45,061 nt of DNA, taken from assembly GCA_905198755.1 (NCBI GenBank), contig CAJKDR010000001.1, positions 1 through 45,061 on the forward strand, in the 5' to 3' direction. This DNA is from an uncultured Clostridiaceae bacterium (GTDB lineage: Bacteria > Bacillota > Clostridia > TANB77 > CAG-508). Of the stretch, positions 1 through 9,017 are shown in pieces. Under the pieces are notes generated by a model that did no database searches, was not told where the DNA came from, and was given only the letters and a program-made list of their open reading frames with translations. A program made the translations under genes and the position numbers. Every line of letters begins with the position of its first letter. Within the stretch, counting starts at the first letter, position 1.

Positions 1-127
1 ATATAAAGTGTTAAATCTTCAACAAAAATCTTCAACAATTTAAAATAGTTCTTTGAAAATATTGATAAATCAAGAAAAATAGCATTTGAGGATTTACCTC
101 ACCCCGACCAACATTAAAAACACTGTA

Positions 128-168
128 AATAGCTTGTATCTAAGAATACAGGCTATTTTACTTTTTGT
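128..168 (+). terminator. Intrinsic terminator-like hairpin oriented for a plus-strand transcript
   Basis: 12-bp stem AATAGCTTGTAT/ATACAGGCTATT (128-139 / 146-157) followed by TTACTTTTTG. The stem holds one G-T pair that is a valid wobble only in plus-strand RNA. Confidence 0.55.
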
Positions 169-334
169 AATTAACCTTTTTTATTATTAATTTTTAAAAA
201 TTTTATTTTTTTATTTTTCAATATTTAGTGCTCCTATTTTTTTATTATTTTATCTCTTTTATATGACTTTTTAGTGACATTTTCTGTTTTATTTTACCAT
301 GATTTTTAATAATTAGCAATATATTCATATTATA

Positions 335-370
335 CAAAAAAAGAGTGAAATCAAATTTCACTCTTTTTTA
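335..370 (-). terminator. Rubrerythrin terminator (bidirectional-looking)
   Basis: Stem AGAGTGAAAT/ATTTCACTCT (342-351 / 355-364), flanked by A and T runs, just downstream of the stop at 376. Confidence 0.75.
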
Positions 371-375
371 TTTTT

Positions 376-915
376 TTAATAGTTTTCTGCTTTTATTTCG
401 AAGAATGATCTTGGATGATTACATACTGGGCATATTGAAGGAGCTCCTTTTCCTATTACTATATGTCCGCAGTTTCTACATTGCCAAATCATTTCTCCAT
501 CTTTTGAGAATACCATTCCTGTATCTATATTTCTTAATAGTTTTCTAAATCTTTCTTCATGTTGTTTTTCTATTTCTCCAACTGATTCAAATAAGAAAGC
601 TATATGGTCAAAACCTTCTTCTTTTGCTTCTTTAGCCATTCTGTCATACATATCTGTCCATTCTATATTTTCGCCTTCTCCTGCTGCTTGTAGGTTTGTT
701 GTTGTTGATGGTATATCTCCACCATTTAATATTTTAAACCAAATTTTAGCATGTTCTTTTTCATTATTTGCTGTTTCTTCAAATATCGCTGCTATTTGTT
801 CATATCCTTCTTTTCTAGCTTTTGCTGCGAAATAAGTATATTTATTTCTTGCTTGTGATTCTCCTGCAAATGCTTCCATTAAATTTTTTTCTGTTTTTGA
901 TCCTATTAAATCCAT
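376..915 (-). CDS. rbr: Rubrerythrin
   Basis: 179 aa. N-terminus [19 protein letters not shown], diiron ExxH motifs (EKEH, EKQH), C-terminal rubredoxin-type CRNCG...CPVC. SD GGGAGG upstream. Confidence 0.9.
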   Translation of the reverse strand: MDLIGSKTEKNLMEAFAGESQARNKYTYFAAKARKEGYEQIAAIFEETANNEKEHAKIWFKILNGGDIPSTTTNLQAAGEGENIEWTDMYDRMAKEAKEEGFDHIAFLFESVGEIEKQHEERFRKLLRNIDTGMVFSKDGEMIWQCRNCGHIVIGKGAPSICPVCNHPRSFFEIKAENY

Positions 916-988
916 TGTTAATACCTCCCATTTTTTAACTATATTTATTTATATCAAAATTACCAATTTGTGTCAACATATTTCACAA

Positions 989-2359
989 TTATTTCATAAA
1001 GATTTTTATTATTTTATCTTTTATATTACTATATGGCATATATCTAAGTGGTAAATCTATAGTAAATCTTTTTGTAATACTTCGTGTATGTGAAAATGTA
1101 TCAAAACTTGCTTTTCCATGATATCCACCTGTTCCACTATAACCAACTCCACCAAATGACATATTTGAATTTGCAATATGAATTATTGTATCATTTATAC
1201 ATCCGCCTCCAAAGGATATATTATTTAATATTTTTCTTTGAACATGCTTATTAGTTGTAAATAAGTACAATGCTAATGGCTTTTCATATGATTTTATATA
1301 CTCTATTGCTTCTTCTATATTGTCATAATCAATTATTGGTAATATAGGACCAAATATTTCTTGATTCATGACATCTGATTCTTTTTTAGGATTATCTATC
1401 AATGTAGGTTCAATTTTTAGTAATTCTTCACTGTACTTTCCACCTACAATAATATCTTGCCCATCTAATAATGTTTTTAATCTATTAAAATGCCTATTAT
1501 TTATAATTTGTGGATATTCCTCATTATTAATAATATCTTCTCCTAAAAAATTATTTATATATTTTTTTATTTGCTCTATAAATTGTGTTTTTACTTTTTT
1601 ATCTATTAAAACATAATCTGGTGCTATACATGTTTGTCCTGCATTTAGTAATTTTCCAAAAGCTATTCTTTTAGCAGCTAACTTTATATTACATGTTTCA
1701 TCAACTATACATGGGCTCTTTCCTCCGAGTTCTAATGTTACTGGAGTTAAATTCTTTGAAGCAGATTCCATTACAATTTTTCCAACTCTTGTTCCTCCTG
1801 TATAAAAAATATAATCCACATTTTTTTCTATTAATTCTTGACTTACTTCTTTATCTCCTTGTATTACTGCTACATACTCTTTTCCAAAACAATTTTCTAT
1901 TATTTTTTGAATAATGTTTGATGTATTTGGTGAAAATTCTGACGGCTTTAATATTACTGTATTTCCTGCACTTATTGCTCCAATTAGTGGTTCAATTAAT
2001 AACATGAATGGATAATTCCATGGTGCTAATATTAACACTGTTCCATATGGCTCTGGTGATTTAAAACTTATTGCTGGAAAATGCACTATTGGTGTGTTAA
2101 CAAATTTATTTTTTGACCATTTTTTTGTATGTTTCAAAACATAGTTTAACTCTGATAATGTCATGCCGATTTCTGTCATATAACTTTCACTATATGATTT
2201 ATTTAGATCTTTTTTTAGTGCTTCTTTTATATTTTCTTCTTGTTTTATGATTTCACTTTTTAATTTTTTCAAAGCTTCTATTCTATATTTCACATTTTTA
2301 GTTTTCCCAGAATTATAGAATTCTTTTTGTTTTATTAAAATTTCATCTATTTCTTTCAA
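989..2359 (-). CDS. Aldehyde dehydrogenase family protein (class-3-like, about 456 aa)
   Basis: Motifs LELGGKSP, GQTCIAPDY (catalytic Cys) and EIFGPILP. SD AAGGTG. Confidence 0.85.
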   Translation of the reverse strand: MKEIDEILIKQKEFYNSGKTKNVKYRIEALKKLKSEIIKQEENIKEALKKDLNKSYSESYMTEIGMTLSELNYVLKHTKKWSKNKFVNTPIVHFPAISFKSPEPYGTVLILAPWNYPFMLLIEPLIGAISAGNTVILKPSEFSPNTSNIIQKIIENCFGKEYVAVIQGDKEVSQELIEKNVDYIFYTGGTRVGKIVMESASKNLTPVTLELGGKSPCIVDETCNIKLAAKRIAFGKLLNAGQTCIAPDYVLIDKKVKTQFIEQIKKYINNFLGEDIINNEEYPQIINNRHFNRLKTLLDGQDIIVGGKYSEELLKIEPTLIDNPKKESDVMNQEIFGPILPIIDYDNIEEAIEYIKSYEKPLALYLFTTNKHVQRKILNNISFGGGCINDTIIHIANSNMSFGGVGYSGTGGYHGKASFDTFSHTRSITKRFTIDLPLRYMPYSNIKDKIIKIFMK

Positions 2360-2374
2360 TTTATCACCTTTTTT

Positions 2375-3559
2375 CTAATAAGCTTTTTCTAGTATATTTA
2401 TGATATCTATTATATCTGCTTTTTTAGAATTTACAATAATTGCTCCATCATTTATAGATGTTTGTGCAATTTTTTCAAAATCATTCTTATTTATTTTAAC
2501 ATCTTTTAATCTTTTTGGTAACCCTGTTTTTTCATTTAATTTTTTTATTAAGCTTTTTACTTTTTCTATAAGTAATACTGCTCGTTCTTCTTCAGATCTA
2601 TTTATACATTCTTCTGGTAGAGTATATAATGCAATTTTGGCATATTCTTCTTTCACTACATCAAAATTATATTCCATTACATATGGTAACAGTATTGATA
2701 TTGCATCTCCATGAGGAACTTTACTTACTGCCCCTATAGAATGTCCTATTGCATGAACTAATCCTACCATTGAGTTTGAAAATGCTATTCCTGCCATCAA
2801 TGAAGCATTTGCCATAGCTAATCTTGCTTTTTTATTTTCTCCTTTTTTTACAGCTATTTCTATGTTATCCATTATTAATTTTATTGCTGATATTGCATAT
2901 GCATCACTTAGTGGGTTTTTCTGTATACATGTATATGCTTCTATGGCATGGCATAATGCGTCTATTCCTGTTGATGCTGTAGCTTTTTTAGGTAATGTCA
3001 TTGTCATTTCTGAATCTAAAACTGCTACATCTGGCAATAGAAAGTATGAAATAAATTCCATTTTTAAATTCTTAATTTTATCTTCTATTACTGCAACTAA
3101 TGTAACTTCCGAACCTGTACCTGAAGTTGTTGGTATAACAATAAATGGTATATGTTTTCCATAATTTAATATTTCATTTCCCATCAATTCATTAATATCT
3201 TCTTTATTTTGTGAAAGTAACATTCTTACCCCTTTTGCAGTATCAATTACAGAACCTCCTCCAACAGCTACTATACTATCACATTTTTGTTCTTTATATA
3301 TCTTGGCTATCTTGTTAACCACTTTCAAGTCTGAATCTGGTGGTACTTGCGTGTATTCTGCTTTTACTTTTATTTTATTATCTGTATTAATTGCATCTTT
3401 TACTTTCTTTACTGTTCCTATTTTATTTAATATTTCATCTGATATTAATAATGGACTTTGAGAATTTAGAAATTTTAATTCTGCAGGTATATTATTTATT
3501 GCTAATTTACCTGAAAGTATTTTTGTTGCATTTTGAAATTCATAATAATCTGGTATCAT
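2375..3559 (-). CDS. Iron-containing (group III) alcohol dehydrogenase
   Basis: 394 aa. GGGSVIDTAKG nucleotide-binding motif and HAIGH metal-ligand region. SD AGGAGG. Confidence 0.85.
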   Translation of the reverse strand: MIPDYYEFQNATKILSGKLAINNIPAELKFLNSQSPLLISDEILNKIGTVKKVKDAINTDNKIKVKAEYTQVPPDSDLKVVNKIAKIYKEQKCDSIVAVGGGSVIDTAKGVRMLLSQNKEDINELMGNEILNYGKHIPFIVIPTTSGTGSEVTLVAVIEDKIKNLKMEFISYFLLPDVAVLDSEMTMTLPKKATASTGIDALCHAIEAYTCIQKNPLSDAYAISAIKLIMDNIEIAVKKGENKKARLAMANASLMAGIAFSNSMVGLVHAIGHSIGAVSKVPHGDAISILLPYVMEYNFDVVKEEYAKIALYTLPEECINRSEEERAVLLIEKVKSLIKKLNEKTGLPKRLKDVKINKNDFEKIAQTSINDGAIIVNSKKADIIDIINILEKAY

Positions 3560-3569
3560 ATAATTCCTC

Positions 3570-4070
3570 CTAATAATTTACTATTACTCTTAAGTAAGTA
3601 ACTAATTTTGGTATTTTTATTTTTTTTATAGTCTTTACTAATTTTTTTGCTATCACTTTTGGGAACAAATAAGTTTCCACTATGTCTATACATCTTACTA
3701 AGCTCATAGATTTTGTTATATCACCTTTTAATATAAACCTGTGTTCTGCATAAGCCTTTGATATTCCTTCTCTTGCTGTTAATACTAAAAATGCCGCGTC
3801 TAGACTCTTAAATACTATTTCTATATCACACTTATTTGCTTCTTTTATTCTTATAATTTTATCTTGTTGTTTTTTTATTATTAAACTTGGTCCATCTTCA
3901 TATGTTGCTATTTTTATTATTATATTTTCATTCCATGATGCTATTTCTTTTAACACCTCTTCGTCTACTTTTTTTACAATATTTATTCCTCTATACAAAA
4001 AAAATAAAACAATTTTTGATATTGTTTCTTTTAGGTTTACTTCTAATTTTCTTTTTAATGATATATTCAT
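3570..4070 (-). CDS. Hypothetical protein, possibly with an SCP2-like lipid-binding fold
   Basis: The ORF-track entry starts at 4172, but AAGGAG sits 7 nt before the internal ATG at 4070 (MNISLKRK...). The C-terminal FILKGDITKSMSLV pattern resembles SCP2 domains. The function call is weak. Confidence 0.5.
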   Translation of the reverse strand: MNISLKRKLEVNLKETISKIVLFFLYRGINIVKKVDEEVLKEIASWNENIIIKIATYEDGPSLIIKKQQDKIIRIKEANKCDIEIVFKSLDAAFLVLTAREGISKAYAEHRFILKGDITKSMSLVRCIDIVETYLFPKVIAKKLVKTIKKIKIPKLVTYLRVIVNY

Positions 4071-4147
4071 TTTACACTCCTTTCGTTTTTCTAATTTTAC
4101 TATTTTGTAGTTATTTTTTCTATTAGACTGACCGTTCGAGTGCATAT

Positions 4148-4184
4148 AAAAAAATATAGATGCTACATGCACCTATATTTTTTT
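4148..4184 (-). terminator. cadA terminator
   Basis: AAAAAAATATAG/CTATATTTTTTT stem abutting the cadA stop codon. Confidence 0.55.
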
Positions 4185-6252
4185 ATTTTAATATTCTTAT
4201 TGTATTTAATATTGTTATTAATGTTGTTCCAACATCTGCAAATACTGCTTGCCACATTGTTGCAACACCTAGTATACTTAATGCTAATACCAATATTTTT
4301 ACTCCTATAGCAAATATTAAGTTTTGTTTTATAATTCTATTTGTTTTCTTAGAAATTTTTATTCCTTCTAATATTTTTTCCAATTCATCCGTCATTATTA
4401 CTACATCAGATGCTTCTATTGCTGAGCTTGAACCAATTCCTCCCATTGATATTCCTATGTCTGCTCTAGCTAATACCGGGCTGTCATTTATTCCATCTCC
4501 AACAAATGCAATTTTTTTACCTGTTTTATTTTCTTCTAGTTCTTTTTCTAATTTCAAATATTTTTCTTGCGGTAACATTTCATATTCTACTTTATCTATT
4601 CCTACTTTTTGTGCTATATCTAAAGCTATTTCTTTTGAATCTCCTGTGAACATTTTTGTTTTTATACCAAGCTTAGATAATCCATTTATTGCTTTTTGTG
4701 CGTCTGATTTTATTTCATCTGATAATACTATTTTCCCTACTACTTTTTCATTAATTGATATATATAAGTTTGTTCCTATTTGTTTTTTAGTATCATTATA
4801 TCCAACATAGCTTTCATTTCCGATTTTTACATGTTCATCTTCTATTTTATATTGTATTCCTTTACCTGAAACTTCTTTGTAATCTTCCACTTTTGTTGTA
4901 TCAAGTTTTTCTTGTACCTTATTTAATATTGATTTTGCTATTGGATGATTTGAGAATGATTCTCCTAATCCAAAGTAATGCAATATATCATTTTCATTAT
5001 ATTCTTTATCAAATGTTTCTATTTGAGTTACACTAAATGTTCCTTTTGTTATTGTCCCTGTTTTATCAAATATGATTTCTCCTATGTCTTTAAATCCATC
5101 TAGATAATCACTTCCTTTAATTAGTATACCTCTTTTAGATGATTTACCTATTCCACTAAAATAACTAAGTGGTACTGAAATTGCTATTGAGCATGGACAA
5201 GATATAACTAGGAATGTTAATGCTTTATATAAACTTTGTGAATATGTTACTCCATCTACTATTAATGGCATAAATATAGCAACTAATATCGCTAATAAAA
5301 ATACTATTGGTGTATATATCTTTGCTAATCTGCTTACCATTGTTTCTGTTTTTGCCTTTTTATCTGTCGCATTTTCTACTAAGTTTAATATTTGACTTAC
5401 TGTACTGTTTTCGTATGTCTTTTCTACCCTTACTTCTATTAGTCCATCTGTGTTTATTCCACCTGATAGAACTTTATCTGCTATATTTGCATCTATTAAT
5501 TTACTTTCACCAGTTAGTGCTGCATTATTTATTTTTGCTGTACCATGTATTATCTCTCCGTCTAATGGTATTTTCTCTCCAGTTTTTACTACTATTATAT
5601 CTCCTATTTCTACTTTTTCTGGTGATACTTCTTTAACATCTTCTCCATCTTTTAAATTTGCATATTCTGGTCTTATATCCATTAAATCTGAAATTGATTT
5701 ACGTGTTTTATTTACTGCTTTTGCTTCTAGTATTTTTCCTATTTCATATAATGTAATAACCATTATTCCTTCCATTGTTTTTCCTATTAATAAGGCTCCA
5801 ACAACAGATATTATTATTAGTGTATTTTCATCCAATACCTTGTTTCTAATTTGTTTAACTGCTTTTATTGCTGTTTTATATAATAAAATTATTGCTGAAA
5901 CTACTGTGCAGATAATCATAACTGGATTTCCTAATTTTGAATACATTCCAAATAAATATATTAATATTCCTACTACTAGTCTTATTATATCCTTATTATT
6001 TCTTTGGACATTATTTTGTTTTTTATTTGTTGTTATTACAGTAGTATCTGGTTCTACTGCCTTTACCATTGTTTTTATTTCTTCTTCTATACCTTCTTTT
6101 TTATCTGTTTTAAATGATAAAGTTTGTGTAGAAAAGTTAACTATTACATCTTTATAGTCTGGATTAGATGTTATTTTATCTTCTATTTTTTTTGCACAAT
6201 TTGCACAATCTAAATCTTGTAATGTATATCTATAACTCTTCAATATGTTCAC
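4183..6252 (-). CDS. cadA: P1B-type heavy-metal (Cd/Zn/Co-type) translocating ATPase
   Basis: 689 aa. N-terminal HMA motif DCANCAKKIE, transmembrane CPC, DKTGTIT phosphorylation site, GDGINDSPVLA hinge. Confidence 0.9.
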   Translation of the reverse strand: MNILKSYRYTLQDLDCANCAKKIEDKITSNPDYKDVIVNFSTQTLSFKTDKKEGIEEEIKTMVKAVEPDTTVITTNKKQNNVQRNNKDIIRLVVGILIYLFGMYSKLGNPVMIICTVVSAIILLYKTAIKAVKQIRNKVLDENTLIIISVVGALLIGKTMEGIMVITLYEIGKILEAKAVNKTRKSISDLMDIRPEYANLKDGEDVKEVSPEKVEIGDIIVVKTGEKIPLDGEIIHGTAKINNAALTGESKLIDANIADKVLSGGINTDGLIEVRVEKTYENSTVSQILNLVENATDKKAKTETMVSRLAKIYTPIVFLLAILVAIFMPLIVDGVTYSQSLYKALTFLVISCPCSIAISVPLSYFSGIGKSSKRGILIKGSDYLDGFKDIGEIIFDKTGTITKGTFSVTQIETFDKEYNENDILHYFGLGESFSNHPIAKSILNKVQEKLDTTKVEDYKEVSGKGIQYKIEDEHVKIGNESYVGYNDTKKQIGTNLYISINEKVVGKIVLSDEIKSDAQKAINGLSKLGIKTKMFTGDSKEIALDIAQKVGIDKVEYEMLPQEKYLKLEKELEENKTGKKIAFVGDGINDSPVLARADIGISMGGIGSSSAIEASDVVIMTDELEKILEGIKISKKTNRIIKQNLIFAIGVKILVLALSILGVATMWQAVFADVGTTLITILNTIRILK

Positions 6253-6580
6253 GTCCTTTCTTAACTATTTGTGATATGTGTTCATCATCTAAACTATAAT
6301 AAACCACTTTTCCTTCTTTTCTAAATTTTACTAACTTTGATTGTTTTAATATTCTAAGTTGATGAGAAATTGCTGATTGTGTTGTTCCAACAATTACAGC
6401 TATATCACATACACAAAGTTCGTTTTCCATTAATGCATATATTATTTTCATTCTTGTAGAGTCTGCAAAGACCTTAAATAACTCTGCTATATCATATATT
6501 AAACCATCTTCTGGCATCATATTTTTTACATTCTTTACTGTATCTTCATGAATCATATTTATTTCACAGATTTCTTCCAT
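6230..6580 (-). CDS. cadC: ArsR/SmtB-family metal-sensing repressor (CadC-like)
   Basis: ELCVCDIA alpha-3 metal site and an HTH (SAISHQLRILKQSKLV). GGAGG precedes the second ATG (MEEICE...), so I place the start at 6580 rather than 6592. It overlaps the cadA start by 23 nt. Confidence 0.85.
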   Translation of the reverse strand: MEEICEINMIHEDTVKNVKNMMPEDGLIYDIAELFKVFADSTRMKIIYALMENELCVCDIAVIVGTTQSAISHQLRILKQSKLVKFRKEGKVVYYSLDDEHISQIVKKGREHIEEL

Positions 6581-6593
6581 ATTTGCCTCCATT

Positions 6594-6613
6594 ATATGAA
6601 TAATTGTTCATAT
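6594..6613. promoter_or_regulatory. Perfect inverted repeat, candidate CadC/ArsR operator
   Basis: ATATGAA-TAATTG-TTCATAT lies immediately upstream of the repressor gene. Confidence 0.65.
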
Positions 6614-6663
6614 GTTCATTATATGCATTAATTAAATTTTTGTCAACATATTTTATAAAAAAA

Positions 6664-6697
6664 TGCCAATATATTAATTAAAATTAATATATTGGCA
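6664..6697 (-). terminator. Terminator after the LOG-family gene
   Basis: Long AT-rich stem TGCCAATATATTAATT/AATTAATATATTGGCA, with a T-tract on the minus strand. Confidence 0.65.
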
Positions 6698-6706
6698 TAA
6701 AAATGT

Positions 6707-7288
6707 TTATCTTATTTTTACTCTTGATAGATCTATGTCTTCTGGATCATATTTTTCTATATAATCTAACATTGATTCTACATCTTTATATACCTTATAT
6801 AAGCTTCTACAATCTTCTGTAATAAATTTTTGTTCTACACAAACTTGCATCATTTCTAGCATTTTATCAAAATATCCATTTATATTAAAAATACATATTG
6901 CTTTGTTATGTCTTCCTAATTGTTTTAATGTTAATATTTCGAAAAATTCATCAAATGTTCCTATTCCTCCTGGTGATATTATAAATGCATCTGATTTTTC
7001 TTCTAATAATCTTTTTCTTTCTCTCATTGTTTCTGTATGAATAAATTCTGTACAATGTGGGAATGAAATTTCTGCATTTGATTGTTCAAAGAATGCTGGT
7101 GATATTCCTAATATATGTCCATTTTCTGCTGCTATACCTTCTGCAACAGCTCCCATCATTCCATTACGGCCTCCACCAAATACAAGTCCTATATTTCTTT
7201 TAGCCATTTTCTTTCCTAATTTAATTCCTGCCTCTTTAAAAGAGTCATCTATTTTGCTACTTGCTGCTCCATATACACATATGTTCAT
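6707..7288 (-). CDS. LOG-family (TIGR00730) nucleotide phosphoribohydrolase-like protein
   Basis: GGGRNGMMGAV and PGGIGTFDEFFE (the PGGxGTxxE motif). Confidence 0.85.
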   Translation of the reverse strand: MNICVYGAASSKIDDSFKEAGIKLGKKMAKRNIGLVFGGGRNGMMGAVAEGIAAENGHILGISPAFFEQSNAEISFPHCTEFIHTETMRERKRLLEEKSDAFIISPGGIGTFDEFFEILTLKQLGRHNKAICIFNINGYFDKMLEMMQVCVEQKFITEDCRSLYKVYKDVESMLDYIEKYDPEDIDLSRVKIR

Positions 7289-7372
7289 ATTATTCTCATC
7301 CTTTCTTTTTTGCTTTTGTTAAATACAACTATTGCATTATAACATTACCAATTATATTATGCAAGTTTTATT

Positions 7373-7813
7373 TTATGCTAGTATTTCTTTTACTACTTCA
7401 TTTATGCTTCTTCCATCTGCCGCTGCTCCTATTTGTTCTTTTGCTACTTTCATTACTTTTCCCATGTCTTTTATTGTTGTTGCTCCAACTTCTTTTACTA
7501 TTACTTCTAATTTTTCTCTTAATTCTTCTCTTGTTAATTGTTTTGGTAAATATTCAGAAAGTATTTCTATTTCTTCTTTTGCTTGTTTTACTAAGTCTTC
7601 CCTTCCACCTTTTTCAAAATCCCCTAATGAGTCATTTCTTGTTTTTACTTCTTTTGCTATTATTTCTAAGATTTTATTATCATCCACTTCTATTCCTTTA
7701 TCTTTTTCTATTTGAAGTATTGCTGCTCTTACCATTTGTATTACATTTTTTCTTACAATATTTTTTTCTTTCATTGAATTTTTTAAATCTTCTAATAATT
7801 TTTCTTTTAACAT
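7373..7813 (-). CDS. yqeY: GatB/YqeY domain-containing protein
   Basis: 146 aa with the typical YqeY pattern (LKEDLKNSMKEKN...AAILQIEKD...SEYLPKQLT...GKVMK). Confidence 0.85.
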   Translation of the reverse strand: MLKEKLLEDLKNSMKEKNIVRKNVIQMVRAAILQIEKDKGIEVDDNKILEIIAKEVKTRNDSLGDFEKGGREDLVKQAKEEIEILSEYLPKQLTREELREKLEVIVKEVGATTIKDMGKVMKVAKEQIGAAADGRSINEVVKEILA

Positions 7814-7829
7814 ATTATTCTTCCTCCCT

Positions 7830-8387
7830 CTATATATTAAATAAATATGTAGCCTCTAGATCCGCTTCAAATAGCATTAATGCTAATGGATATCTAGTAA
7901 ACGCATTTCCTATTGTTGTATATTGTTCTTTTGGTTCTGATAGCCCCATATGCCATCTTATTGCATATTTTTCTTCTACTGTTAATTTCATATATTCTGT
8001 TATCATCATAACTGATTTTTCCCCATGTCCATATGGTATTGTATCTTCTATTGTATAATAAGGAACTTTTTCCCATACTCCTAATTCGTTTTTTGCATTT
8101 CTATAACTAACTTTATAAAAATTAACTTTACATATATCATGCAATAATGCTGCTATTTTTATAGTATCGTCTGGTATATTCATTTCTATTGGTGTGTGTT
8201 TTAATTTCTCGTTTAATATTTCATATACTTTTAAGCTATGTTCCAACAAACCTCCTTCATGGTCTCCATGGAATCTTGTACTTGCTGGTGCTGTAAAGAA
8301 GTCTGTACTTTCTTCCATAAATTTTATTAAATCCTCTATTCCTTCTCTATTAGTGCTTCTTAATAATTCTAAAAATTTTTCTTTCAT
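7830..8387 (-). CDS. HD-domain phosphohydrolase
   Basis: H...HD metal motif (RFHGDHEGGLLEHS ... LLHDICK). SD AAGGAGG. Tightly spaced with its neighbours. Confidence 0.75.
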   Translation of the reverse strand: MKEKFLELLRSTNREGIEDLIKFMEESTDFFTAPASTRFHGDHEGGLLEHSLKVYEILNEKLKHTPIEMNIPDDTIKIAALLHDICKVNFYKVSYRNAKNELGVWEKVPYYTIEDTIPYGHGEKSVMMITEYMKLTVEEKYAIRWHMGLSEPKEQYTTIGNAFTRYPLALMLFEADLEATYLFNI

Positions 8388-8397
8388 CTTTTCCTCC

Positions 8398-8970
8398 TTA
8401 TATTAGTTCTAATTTTCCTTTACATTTTCCACATCTACATTTTTTTGTAAAGTTTTTATTTAATCTTTTTCTATAGTATAATTGTCCACATTCTTTACAT
8501 TTTATTTTATATTTATATTCCTCAATTTCACTATATTCTACATTACTTTTTTTGAAGTCTTCTTTTTTATTTCCTGTTCTCGTTATATTATAACCTAATT
8601 TTTCATTTATAATTTTAGCATATTTCCTAAATTCTGCTCCATGATTTGTACATTTAGGCAAACAATGTATTAATTCATGTATTATTGTATTTTTAATAAT
8701 ATCATCATTTAATTCCAATACCCATGAACTTATTTCTATTGTATATTTAAAATAATTTTCATAACTTACAATAAATCTTAATCCTTTTCTAGCAATTTTT
8801 TTATATTTGTTATCTGGTACTTCTGGCTTACAGCATCCATACCTTTTGTTGGCTCTTTTAGATATTTTTATTGTTATTTCTTTATCATCAAATTTTATCC
8901 CTATACTATTTAGTTCATTTATACATTGTTTATATAATGTTTCTATTTTTTCCATAGCATTATAATACAT
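8398..8970 (-). CDS. SprT-like zinc metalloprotease with C-terminal Cys4 zinc ribbon
   Basis: HELIHC zincin motif, then CKECG...CRCGKCKG. The start is uncertain between 8970 and the ATG at 8955. Confidence 0.65.
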   Translation of the reverse strand: MYYNAMEKIETLYKQCINELNSIGIKFDDKEITIKISKRANKRYGCCKPEVPDNKYKKIARKGLRFIVSYENYFKYTIEISSWVLELNDDIIKNTIIHELIHCLPKCTNHGAEFRKYAKIINEKLGYNITRTGNKKEDFKKSNVEYSEIEEYKYKIKCKECGQLYYRKRLNKNFTKKCRCGKCKGKLELI

Positions 8971-8991
8971 CTTTAATATGATTTAGTCAAA

Positions 8992-9017
8992 TAAAAAAAC
9001 GGGGATTCCCGTTTTTT
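8992..9017 (-). terminator. Terminator of the 881-aa gene
   Basis: AAAAAACGGG-GATT-CCCGTTTTTT, directly after the stop at 9016. Confidence 0.85.

Noticed and set aside
170-340. An extremely AT-rich tract considered as a replication origin or DNA-unwinding element.
   Set aside because: I found no DnaA-box-like 9-mers (TTATCCACA or variants) and no dnaA or dnaN nearby. The composition alone is unremarkable for intergenic DNA in this genome.
3570-4172. N-terminally extended ORF versions in the track: 3570-4172, 34596-34859, 39310-39858, 14947-15660 and 27199-28491.
   Set aside because: In each case a GGAGG-type SD lies inside the extension at proper spacing from an internal start. The extension adds non-conserved residues to a protein whose N-terminus is well known.
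7261-8058. A long plus-strand ORF (265 aa). Many similar plus-strand ORFs appear in the track, for example 4160-4810, 5450-6157, 12422-13021, 17559-18134, 23833-24441, 25090-25770 and 36947-37426.
   Set aside because: They are antisense shadows of well-supported minus-strand genes. Their translations are low-complexity L/F/I/S-rich strings. They have no ribosome-binding sites and no recognisable motifs.
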